DNA of 64,000 nt, from NCBI GenBank assembly GCA_963676795.2, contig CAXXTB010000002.1, forward strand, positions 1,024,001 to 1,088,000. The letters run 5' to 3'. Positions within the stretch are counted from its first letter, which is position 1, and each line of letters starts with the position of its first letter. A program made the position numbers and the translations under genes. Under the pieces are notes generated by a model. It searched no databases and had not been told where the DNA came from. It saw only the letters and a list, made by a program, of their open reading frames with translations. The stretch is from Geopsychrobacteraceae bacterium. GTDB taxonomy: Bacteria; Desulfobacterota; Desulfuromonadia; Desulfuromonadales; Geopsychrobacteraceae. Shown one piece after another: positions 1 to 7,849 of the stretch.

Positions 1-356
1 GCGGCGCGCGTTCTGAGAGTGAAGCCCGCCAGGTTGCCAGTTCGGTTGCGACCTCCTCGCTGGTCAAAACGGCCTTTTTTGGCGAGGATGCCAACTGGGG
101 GCGGATTATCGCAGCGGCGGGATACTCCGGTGCCGATATCGACCCCGACAGGATCGCAATCAGTTTTGAGGATGTCGCCGTCGCCCGGAACGGAATGGCC
201 GTTGCGAATCTCGATGAGGCTGCGGCAACTGCCGTTCTCAAACAACCGGAATTTACGGTCCATCTCGACCTGGGGCTGGGCAGTTCCGTCTGGAGCTACT
301 ATACCTCTGACCTGGGTTACGAGTACATCAAGATTAACGCTGACTACCGGACCTGA
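1..356 (+). CDS. argJ: Bifunctional glutamate N-acetyltransferase/amino-acid acetyltransferase ArgJ, 3' part (truncated by window start)
   Basis: Frame starting at nt 3 reads ...VATSSLVKTAFFGEDANWGRIIAAAGYSG...DLGYEYIKINADYRT*, the ArgJ C-terminal motifs; TGA at 354-356. Not in the ORF track. Confidence 0.93.
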   Translation, partial: GARSESEARQVASSVATSSLVKTAFFGEDANWGRIIAAAGYSGADIDPDRIAISFEDVAVARNGMAVANLDEAAATAVLKQPEFTVHLDLGLGSSVWSYYTSDLGYEYIKINADYRT

Positions 357-367
357 TCAGCTGAACT

Positions 368-1030
368 ATGCTCAATCTTGCCGCTTATTTTGATCATACC
401 CTGCTGGCGCCGACGGCGACTTCCGCGCAGATCGTTCAACTCTGCGAAGAAGCCGTTGAGTATGCCTTTCCAGCTGTATGTATCCCCCCGTCATTCGTCC
501 CCTTGGCATCCCGTCAACTCTATGGATCAGGTGTACAGGTCTGTAGCGTGGTTGGATTCCCCTGCGGTTACAACACGCCTGAGAGCAAGTTGCGTGAAGC
601 TGAGGAGCTGCTTGAGGCGGGGGCCGACGAACTGGATATGGTCATTTCCATCGGTCGTTTTCTGCAGGGGGATGAGCGGTACGTCAGGGATGAAATAGAG
701 CAACTGGTCGTCAGCGCCGGTGCCGTTCCGGTCAAGGTCATCATTGAATGCTGTTACCTGACCCGTCAACAGATGGAACGAGCCACAGAGCTGGTTGTTG
801 CCGCCGGTGCGGCCTATGTCAAGACATCAACCGGTTTTGGGCCTTCTGGGGCAGCTCTTGAGGATGTCAACGACCTGGTCTGCTGGTCGGCAGGGCGGAT
901 CAAGGTCAAGGCCGCTGGTGGAATACGGAGTCTTGAGGACGCCCTTGCCTTCGTCAATGCGGGGGCAGTCAGAATCGGTTGCAGCTCCAGTGTCAGGATC
1001 ATGCAGGAGTGGAGCCTTGCCGGCCGCTGA
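368..1030 (+). CDS. deoC: Deoxyribose-phosphate aldolase
   Basis: DHTLL, VVGFPxG, GADELDMV, VKTSTGF and KAAGGIR motifs. Confidence 0.95.
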   Translation: MLNLAAYFDHTLLAPTATSAQIVQLCEEAVEYAFPAVCIPPSFVPLASRQLYGSGVQVCSVVGFPCGYNTPESKLREAEELLEAGADELDMVISIGRFLQGDERYVRDEIEQLVVSAGAVPVKVIIECCYLTRQQMERATELVVAAGAAYVKTSTGFGPSGAALEDVNDLVCWSAGRIKVKAAGGIRSLEDALAFVNAGAVRIGCSSSVRIMQEWSLAGR

Positions 1031-2207
1031 TCAGGTTCAACAATTTCAAAGGGTTATCCTTGTCGTTCTCGATGGTGTCGGTGTCGGTGAATTGCCTGAT
1101 GCAGATCAGTACGGAGACCGCGGTGCGGCAACCCTGCAGCACGTTGCCCGCCATGCCGGCGGATTGACCGTGCCCACTCTCGAATCGCTCGGGCTTGGCA
1201 GGATTGCAGAGTTTGAGGGCGTCGGGGTCCCGCCCCTTGTCCGTGGATGCTGGGGGAAGATGGCTGAAGCCAGTGCCGGCAAGGATTCCGTGACGGGGCA
1301 CTGGGAGTTGGCCGGGCTGCAGCTCGATCAGCCTTTCGCCGTGTTCCCCGATGGCTTTCCTGATGAGATCATCGACGCTTTTTCTCTTCTGGCCGGTTGC
1401 CGACCGTTGGGGAATATCCGTTCCAGCGGTACCGATATTTTGGAACTGCTGGGTGAGGAGCATCTGCGCACCGGCAGGCCCATCGTCTACACCAGTATCG
1501 ATTCGGTTTTTCAGATTGCCGCTCATGAAGAGATCCTGCCCCCCGAACAGCTCTACGCATTATGCCAGGCAACCTTTGACATGTTGCGTCCCTACAATAT
1601 CTGCAGGGTTATCGCCCGGCCGTTCCTGGGGGATCGTCCTGTAAATTTTTATCGAACCAGCAGGCGCCACGATTATTCGCAAAAGCCGGTCAGGCCGACG
1701 TTGCTGAAGCTCTTGTGTGAGCAGGGTATCACGACCTGCGGAATAGGAAAAATCCACGATCTTTTTGCTGGTGAGGGGCTGTCGGTTACGGTAACAACCA
1801 GCGGCAATGCCGATGGTATGGACAAAACCCTGAGCGCAATGCGGCAATATAAATCAGGCCTTGTTATGACGAATCTCGTCGATTTTGATATGCTTTATGG
1901 ACATCGCCTCGACAACCATGGTTTTGCCCGGGCGCTGGAAGAGTTTGATGCCTGGCTGCCTCAACTGCAGCAGGGCATGGCGGATAAAGATCTGTTGATT
2001 ATCAGCGCCGATCACGGCTGTGATCCGGATGTTGGCGGAACCGATCATACGCGTGAATATGTTCCTCTGCTGGTTTATCATCATGGCCTGACAGAAGAGT
2101 GTTGTCTGGGGGTTCGTGGTTCATTTGCCGATGTCGCTGCTACGGTTGCGGATATTTTTGGTATTTTTTCAGATACCGGAGACAGCTTTTTGAATCTGGT
2201 TAAATAG
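1017..2207 (+). CDS. deoB: Phosphopentomutase
   Basis: VLDGVGVG, GKDSVTGHWE, NLVDFDMLYGHR, SADHGCDP, DHTREYVP. Start probably TTG at 1017 after GGAG; the ORF-track start at 795 lies inside deoC. Confidence 0.93.
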   Translation: MPAADQVQQFQRVILVVLDGVGVGELPDADQYGDRGAATLQHVARHAGGLTVPTLESLGLGRIAEFEGVGVPPLVRGCWGKMAEASAGKDSVTGHWELAGLQLDQPFAVFPDGFPDEIIDAFSLLAGCRPLGNIRSSGTDILELLGEEHLRTGRPIVYTSIDSVFQIAAHEEILPPEQLYALCQATFDMLRPYNICRVIARPFLGDRPVNFYRTSRRHDYSQKPVRPTLLKLLCEQGITTCGIGKIHDLFAGEGLSVTVTTSGNADGMDKTLSAMRQYKSGLVMTNLVDFDMLYGHRLDNHGFARALEEFDAWLPQLQQGMADKDLLIISADHGCDPDVGGTDHTREYVPLLVYHHGLTEECCLGVRGSFADVAATVADIFGIFSDTGDSFLNLVK

Positions 2208-2260
2208 GTTTGCCTGTTCTGGCGAACATGGGCGTCCTTTCTTTTTATGGAGAGACAGAA

Positions 2261-2644
2261 ATGATAATCCGATTTTTAGTTGCCTGTTGTCTGGTCCTTG
2301 CCTGCTCGTCAGTCCAGGCCATGGATCTCGTCGTTGCTAAAGGGGTCATTACCACTGCTGTCGAAAACCAGCAACCGGTCGATGAGATAGAATCCTTTCC
2401 GGCCGATTACGGCAAACTGTACTGCTTTACCAGGGTTGTCGGGGCAAGTGGTGATACTGAAGTGACCCACATCTGGTATTATCAGGACCACGAAATGGCC
2501 AGGGTCTCATTGCCGGTCAGGTCGAGGGACTGGAGAACCTATTCGTCCAAGCGGGTTCTGCCAAACTGGAAAGGGGAGTGGCGTGTGGTGATTGTTGATC
2601 GGGATCAACATGAGCTTATGACCATCCCATTCGTATTGGAATAG
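2261..2644 (+). CDS. Exported DUF2914-like protein
   Basis: Signal peptide, then LYCFTRV...HIWYY...LPVRSRDWRTYSSK...GEWRV pattern; ATG 2261 follows GGAGA. Confidence 0.7.
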   Translation: MIIRFLVACCLVLACSSVQAMDLVVAKGVITTAVENQQPVDEIESFPADYGKLYCFTRVVGASGDTEVTHIWYYQDHEMARVSLPVRSRDWRTYSSKRVLPNWKGEWRVVIVDRDQHELMTIPFVLE

Positions 2645-2655
2645 TCAGGTGTAGC

Positions 2656-2688
2656 AAAAAAGGCGACCAGATCCGGGTCGCCTTTTTT
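2656..2688. terminator. Bidirectional intrinsic terminator
   Basis: AAAAAAGGCGACC-loop-GGTCGCCTTTTTT between convergent genes. Confidence 0.85.
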
Positions 2689-2699
2689 ATTGCTGTGTC

Positions 2700-3125
2700 T
2701 TATTTTTTGCCGCGGGCAGCACGGGCTTTGGCGAGGTTGTCGGCCAGGCCACGATCAACAGCCATCTGGCGGCGGCTCTCGGAGTAGTTTTTGGCGGCGA
2801 GAGACTGGCTGCGAGGAATATCAAACTGTTTGCGATAATCCGACGCACTCATGTCATGGGCGGTTTTGAGGTGACGTGAGAGAGTTTTAAATCCTTTGCC
2901 ACAGATCATGCAGTAGATCTTGTCTTTGCCGAACGCTTTTTTTCTACTGATAGCTGGGGCTGATTCTTCTTCGGGGGATGGAACTTCTACTGCTTCCCCT
3001 TTTTCCAGAGAAGACAGAGCCTGATGAATTTCATTCAGTTCTGTAATCAGTTCTTCTTTGGACATTGGGGTTGTTGAGGCATGGGCGGCAATAATTTCTG
3101 CTGCCATTTCCATGATTGTTGCCAT
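2700..3125 (-). CDS. MucR/Ros family transcriptional regulator
   Basis: AAEIIAAH N-terminus, zinc finger CMICGKGFKTLSRHLKTAH, YRKQF, NYSESRRQMA...GL; AGGAGG RBS. Confidence 0.9.
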   Translation of the reverse strand: MATIMEMAAEIIAAHASTTPMSKEELITELNEIHQALSSLEKGEAVEVPSPEEESAPAISRKKAFGKDKIYCMICGKGFKTLSRHLKTAHDMSASDYRKQFDIPRSQSLAAKNYSESRRQMAVDRGLADNLAKARAARGKK

Positions 3126-3350
3126 AAATAGTATCCTCCTGTTTAGTTAGAGTGATAAAACAAAGATTAGCTTATCCCCCTCGCTAATTCAAATAAGGAC
3201 GTACGTTTAATATATTATTTACTGGCAGGCAAGAAAAAAACGATAGATGTAAATAGTCTCATTATTGTCGGGGTAAGTTGTTTTTCAACATATCTTGTGT
3301 TGAAATAACAGGCGGTTTTATCGGAGCTTGTTATTCCTTGGGGATGCATT

Positions 3351-4391
3351 ATGGAAATTAGAACGTCTCTTGAAGAATTAGAGGTTAGAACACTCTTTGA
3401 AAAAGCCTGTTGCAGTTTGCAAAGCAAAGGACGCATGAAACCGGGTCCGGAGTGTTCTATCCGGACCCGGTTTCAGCATGATCGTGACAGAATTTTACAC
3501 AGTAAGGCTTTTCGTCGTCTGAAATACAAGACCCAGGTCTTTCTTTCTCCTGAAGGGGATCATTATCGAACGCGTCTGACACATACCCTTGAAGTGTCAC
3601 AGGTCGCTAGAACTGTCTCCCGGGCTCTCAGGCTCAATGAAGACCTTACCGAAGCTATCGCGTTGGGGCACGATCTGGGCCATACTCCGTTCGGACACGC
3701 TGGCGAGCGGGTTCTCAACCGGCTGGTCGATGGGGGGTTTCAGCATGTCCGGCAGAGCCTGAGGGTTGTTGATCTCCTCGAAAAAGACGGCCAGGGGTTG
3801 AATTTGACCTATGAGGTTCGCGACGGGATACGCAAGCACTCAAAGGGGCAGGGTGGTCTGTTGACGCCGTCAAGTGATTGCTGTGCGATCACCCTGGAGG
3901 GGCAGGTAGTGCGTCTGGCAGATATTATTGCCTATGTCAGCCACGATCTTGATGATGCAATCCGTGGTCATGTTATCACTGCCCGGGATGTCCCTGAGGC
4001 AATCGTCTCCGTAATGGGGGAGCGGCATTCCTCGCGTATCGACCGCATGGTCAAGGATCTTCTGCGTGAAACTCTGGCCTGTGGTTGCGAAAAGATCCGG
4101 CTTTCTGGAGAAATGGATGAGGCGATCCGTGAATTGCGGGCCTGGCTATTTGATAATGTCTATCAGGCTCCCTGTGTCCAGCTTGAGTTCAATAAGGCTT
4201 CTCATCTGCTTGAAAGCCTCTATGAATATTTCGTAGAGAATGAAGCGGCGTTTGTTGCTTCTGGTGGGCGGCGTTTCGCCGATGATCCGCTCGAAGTTTC
4301 GGTTGTTGATTTTATTGCCGGTATGACCGACAGGTTTGCTTTGGCTCTGTACAAAAAGCTGTTTTTGCCTGAACCCTGGCATATTCTTTGA
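3351..4391 (+). CDS. dgt: Deoxyguanosinetriphosphate triphosphohydrolase-like HD protein
   Basis: [54 protein letters not shown]. Confidence 0.9.
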   Translation: MEIRTSLEELEVRTLFEKACCSLQSKGRMKPGPECSIRTRFQHDRDRILHSKAFRRLKYKTQVFLSPEGDHYRTRLTHTLEVSQVARTVSRALRLNEDLTEAIALGHDLGHTPFGHAGERVLNRLVDGGFQHVRQSLRVVDLLEKDGQGLNLTYEVRDGIRKHSKGQGGLLTPSSDCCAITLEGQVVRLADIIAYVSHDLDDAIRGHVITARDVPEAIVSVMGERHSSRIDRMVKDLLRETLACGCEKIRLSGEMDEAIRELRAWLFDNVYQAPCVQLEFNKASHLLESLYEYFVENEAAFVASGGRRFADDPLEVSVVDFIAGMTDRFALALYKKLFLPEPWHIL

Positions 4392-4426
4392 TGGGTAAAG
4401 TTTTATTGGAGTTTCTTTATAGTAGC

Positions 4427-4455
4427 TTGACAGTTTCTAATCTTTGTGCTAGTTT
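4427..4455 (+). promoter_or_regulatory. Sigma70-type promoter for the cheW-cheW-romR-like operon
   Basis: TTGACA-N17-TAGTTT, about 55 bp upstream of the first CheW gene. Confidence 0.55.
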
Positions 4456-4511
4456 TTCGGCAGTTTTCTTGAGAAAACACAAGGTTTTAAATCCTTGCTG
4501 AGGGGCCGATA

Positions 4512-4961
4512 GTGGAGTCACGCAACAGGCTGTTGATTTTCCGGCTCGGGGGGGTCGGTTTTGTTCTGTCACTGGGGAGTGTTGTCGAGGTCATCGACCA
4601 GATTGTCGAGAGGCTGGATTTTGAGCGGAGCGATTCTGACCACGGCATCGTAGCCGCCTTGAATTTTCGTCATACCTTGATTCCTGTTGTCGATCCAACG
4701 TTGCGTCTGGGCATCGTAAGCCCGGTGCTTCATGCCAACAGGAAAATAATCGTACTTCAGGGCACGGAAGGCAACTGGGCGCTACTGGCCGACTCCATAG
4801 ATGAATTGGCGGTCGTCCAGGATCTGAAAGACTGTCTGTTGCCATCCTGGCTGAGCCACAAGGTCAAGGGGCTGTATTCTCAAGTTAAGCTTTCCGGTAG
4901 CGAACCGTTGATTGTCTTTGAGGCGGAACATTTTTACGGAATGAATGTGAAGCCGTTATGA
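4512..4961 (+). CDS. CheW-domain protein
   Basis: LLIFRLGG..FVL.L.SVVEV, LNFRHTLIPVVD, ALLADSIDE pattern typical of CheW. Confidence 0.75.
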   Translation: MESRNRLLIFRLGGVGFVLSLGSVVEVIDQIVERLDFERSDSDHGIVAALNFRHTLIPVVDPTLRLGIVSPVLHANRKIIVLQGTEGNWALLADSIDELAVVQDLKDCLLPSWLSHKVKGLYSQVKLSGSEPLIVFEAEHFYGMNVKPL

Positions 4962-5389
4962 ACAGATTTGGTCTTTTTTGCACTGAAAAGTCAGGTTATG
5001 CCGTTCCTCTGGAGTCGATTGCTAGAATTCTTCAGGGGGGCGCAATATACCGGTTGCCCCTCGGGGGAGGGGACTGTCTGCCTGTACTGGTCATGGCTGA
5101 CAGGGTTGTTCCAATCGCCGAACCCGAAAACAGTGAAAAATGGCACTCTGCTGGTGCTGATTGTTATTTTGTTATTACCGATTCAGAGTACGGCTTACTC
5201 GCATTACCCTCTGATCTTCCCGGACGGATTACCGCCAAGGGCGAATGCGTACCGCGAGATACCGATGACGCCCCCTGGGTTGTCGGCAGATACAGGTTTC
5301 AGGATTTTGTGTATTCTATATTGAATGTTGATTGTTTGGCCATGTCCATGGCTGAACGTTATGGTTCCCGCACGGTGCCGCAGGGCTAA
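4958..5389 (+). CDS. Degenerate CheW-like protein
   Basis: YAVPLESIARI, RVVPI, GLLALPSD resemble CheW strands; ATGA overlap with the previous gene. Confidence 0.55.
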   Translation: MNRFGLFCTEKSGYAVPLESIARILQGGAIYRLPLGGGDCLPVLVMADRVVPIAEPENSEKWHSAGADCYFVITDSEYGLLALPSDLPGRITAKGECVPRDTDDAPWVVGRYRFQDFVYSILNVDCLAMSMAERYGSRTVPQG

Positions 5390-5402
5390 GGAGACATTAA
5401 AC

Positions 5403-7697
5403 ATGAAAAAACTGCTGTTGGCCGATGATAGCATCACAATCCAGAAGGTCGTCGGTATTATCTTCGCGAACGAAGATTACCAGCTATCGATAGCAGATGA
5501 TGGTGAGACTGCTCTAGCCAAGGCGATGAGCGAAGTTCCTGATATGGTTATTGCCGATATTTCGATGCCTGGCAAGGACGGTTTTGAGCTGTGTCGGGCT
5601 ATAAAGAGTGAACCGTCTCTGGCCAGAACGTCGGTCCTGCTGCTGCCTGGCGCATTCGATGCCTTTGACGAAGAGAGGGCGCAGGAGGTCTGTGCCGACG
5701 GCTGGCTGACCAAACCTTTTGAATCTCAGGCGCTGCTTGACAAGGTGGCCCAGCTCATGGAGGTCGAGCCGTTGCGTCTCGTTGCTGGCGAGGTTGCCGC
5801 GCCGGTCCTCAGTGTTCCCGCTCTTGATGATGAGGAGTCCATTGGCGAAGAAGCCGCTATCCCGGAATTCGACATGGGTGTCATCGATCTTGCTGACAGC
5901 GCGTCTTCGTCTGATGACGAGGCCGAGGATATCTGGGATGCGGTCTCCTTTGAAGAAGAGGACCTGGCCGACAGCGATGAGTTTGGCGCAGAACCGCTCG
6001 CCGAAGAGGTCGCGTCCGGCGTCGAGGAGCCCGGTTCTGTTGATTTCTCAGCCTTTGATGAGGAGGTCGGGGAACTCCCGGACCTTGATACAGAGTTTGC
6101 CGATGCGCTGACCGATGAGTCAAATGTCGTTGAAAATATTGACGAACCTGCTGTGGAAGAAGCTTCGGAGGTAGCCAGCCTGACTGCGGAAAGCGCCTTT
6201 TCCGAATCTCTTGAATTGACCGATATGGCGGAAGAGCTGCCTGAGGTCGAGGATGAGCCAGTAGCTCTGTCAGCAGCCGAGACCGATGCTGCCTCTGTTG
6301 AGTTGTCGGACATTGCCGAAGAGTTGCCGGAAATTGAGTCGGAAACTGTGGTCGATCTGGCAGATGAAAGCATTATTGATGAACCTTTAGAGCTGACTGA
6401 TGGCGCTGAAGATCTGCCGGAGATTGAGACCGGGACCGAAGAGATCATTGAGCTGGTTGAGGAACTTGAGGCTGATGAGTCGCTTGAGCTGGACGAGGTT
6501 GCAGAAGAACCGGAGGCGATGGACGAAAAGCCTGAGTCCGTGTTCGAACTTGCTGATGAGGCTATTGACGAGGAACCTCTGGAGCTGACTGATGTCGTCG
6601 AAGAACTCAGCGAAGTTGGCGATGATGAAGAGCTTCTCGATCTGGCCGAAGAAGCGGTTGTTGAATCTGTGCCTGAACTGGAAGAAGAGGTTTTTGAGCC
6701 TGCCGCAGAAGAGCCAATCGAGCCAGCTTCTGTCGCTGACCTTGCTGCTGATGAGGTTGTCGAGCCTGAAGAACAGGAAGAAGTTGTTTACGACCTGAGT
6801 GAGGAAGATATTGTCAGTGCTGAAGATGTTGTCGCTGCGGTTGATGACGACCTGGCTGACGAAGAGGATTTTATCCTTGATGAGGAAGATGTTGCCGCGC
6901 CTGATTTGCTGGTTGCAGAGGCAGAGCCTGCAGGGCTTGATGAAGCCGCTGAAGTAGCGGAAGAAGTAGCGGAAGAAGTAGCGGAAGAAGTAGCGGAAGA
7001 AGTAGCGGAAGAAGTAGCGGAAGATGCCGGTTTTGTATTTGACACCTCAGAGGATGAAGAGGTCGAGGAACCAGAGGCTGCAGAAACAGCACAGGTTGAG
7101 TCGGAATTCTTTTTCAATGCCGAAGCAGCTGAAGAAGAGGAGCTGGAGGCTGAGCCTGAAGCTGAAACTGAAACTGAAATTGAAAATGCTGGCTTCTTCT
7201 TTGATTCTGCCGGGACTGAAGAGAGCACTGACGAAGATACCGAAGAAGAGGTCGATGATCTCGGTTTCTACTTTGACGCTTCGGAAGAGGATGAAGAAGA
7301 GGACGACTCAGAGCTGAGCTCCGAGGATATCAGTTTCTATTTCGATGCCTCTGTGGATGAATCTGATGTAGAAGAGGCGCAGCCCGCAGAGCAAACTGCT
7401 GCTCAGGCGGAAGAGGTAGAAATGTCTTTTGCCTCCCTGAACGAAGAACCTGAAGCTGTTGCGGCGCCTGTCGCTGCGGCCGCTGTTGCTGTCGCTCCTT
7501 CTCCTCAGCGGGTTGAAGAGCAGTTGCGGGAGCTTTCAGAAGAGGACCTCAAGGAGGTCGTTGCCAAGGTCGCCGGTCCGCTGATTGAAAAACTGGCCCA
7601 GGAGATGCTTGAGAAAATGGCCTGGGAGATCGTACCTGATCTCGCTGAGGTTATGATCAGGGAAGAGATCCGCAAGATCACCGAGGGGCAGGAATAG
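5403..7697 (+). CDS. RomR-like response regulator (receiver domain, long acidic linker, conserved C-terminal helix)
   Basis: Receiver LLLADDSITIQKVV...VIADISMPGKDG...LTKPFE; about 600 aa Glu/Asp-rich linker; C-terminus LEKMAWEIVPDLAEVMIREEIRKI resembles the RomR C-terminal motif; AAGGAG RBS before ATG 5403. Confidence 0.8.
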   Translation: MKKLLLADDSITIQKVVGIIFANEDYQLSIADDGETALAKAMSEVPDMVIADISMPGKDGFELCRAIKSEPSLARTSVLLLPGAFDAFDEERAQEVCADGWLTKPFESQALLDKVAQLMEVEPLRLVAGEVAAPVLSVPALDDEESIGEEAAIPEFDMGVIDLADSASSSDDEAEDIWDAVSFEEEDLADSDEFGAEPLAEEVASGVEEPGSVDFSAFDEEVGELPDLDTEFADALTDESNVVENIDEPAVEEASEVASLTAESAFSESLELTDMAEELPEVEDEPVALSAAETDAASVELSDIAEELPEIESETVVDLADESIIDEPLELTDGAEDLPEIETGTEEIIELVEELEADESLELDEVAEEPEAMDEKPESVFELADEAIDEEPLELTDVVEELSEVGDDEELLDLAEEAVVESVPELEEEVFEPAAEEPIEPASVADLAADEVVEPEEQEEVVYDLSEEDIVSAEDVVAAVDDDLADEEDFILDEEDVAAPDLLVAEAEPAGLDEAAEVAEEVAEEVAEEVAEEVAEEVAEDAGFVFDTSEDEEVEEPEAAETAQVESEFFFNAEAAEEEELEAEPEAETETEIENAGFFFDSAGTEESTDEDTEEEVDDLGFYFDASEEDEEEDDSELSSEDISFYFDASVDESDVEEAQPAEQTAAQAEEVEMSFASLNEEPEAVAAPVAAAAVAVAPSPQRVEEQLRELSEEDLKEVVAKVAGPLIEKLAQEMLEKMAWEIVPDLAEVMIREEIRKITEGQE
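6951..7022 (+). repeat. Perfect 12-bp tandem repeat (GAAGTAGCGGAA) x6, in frame, encoding (EVAE)6
   Basis: Six exact copies read directly from the sequence. Confidence 0.95.
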
Positions 7698-7737
7698 TTT
7701 TTCCCTTCACTCGGCTCTTTCCGCTCCTTTGTGAATC

Positions 7738-7783
7738 AGGGGGGAGGTATGGAAGACTTGACTTCCGCGCCTCCCCCCTTTAT
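7738..7783 (+). terminator. Probable intrinsic terminator after the romR-like gene
   Basis: AGGGGGGAGGTATGGAAG...CTTCCGCGCCTCCCCCTTTT hairpin followed by a T-run. Confidence 0.55.
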
Positions 7784-7849
7784 TGTCCGCAGATTAAATC
7801 CCATCTTAAATACAGTAGAGTTCCAGTAGCAAAAAAGGATCAAAACGTC

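Noticed and set aside
19..393. 124-aa ORF from the track
   Set aside because: Alternative frame over the argJ 3' end, which has clear family motifs.
795..1016. N-terminal extension of deoB
   Set aside because: Overlaps deoC, and phosphopentomutase similarity begins only near 1050; start moved to about 1017.
6951..7022. Possible CRISPR array
   Set aside because: Contiguous 12-bp units with no spacers, inside a coding frame, and no cas genes.
5726..7228. Ser-rich minus-strand ORFs (240 aa, 146 aa)
   Set aside because: Antisense shadows of the Glu/Asp-rich linker codons.
7698..7849. T-box or tRNA upstream of valS
   Set aside because: No T-box consensus or cloverleaf seen; only a terminator-like hairpin.
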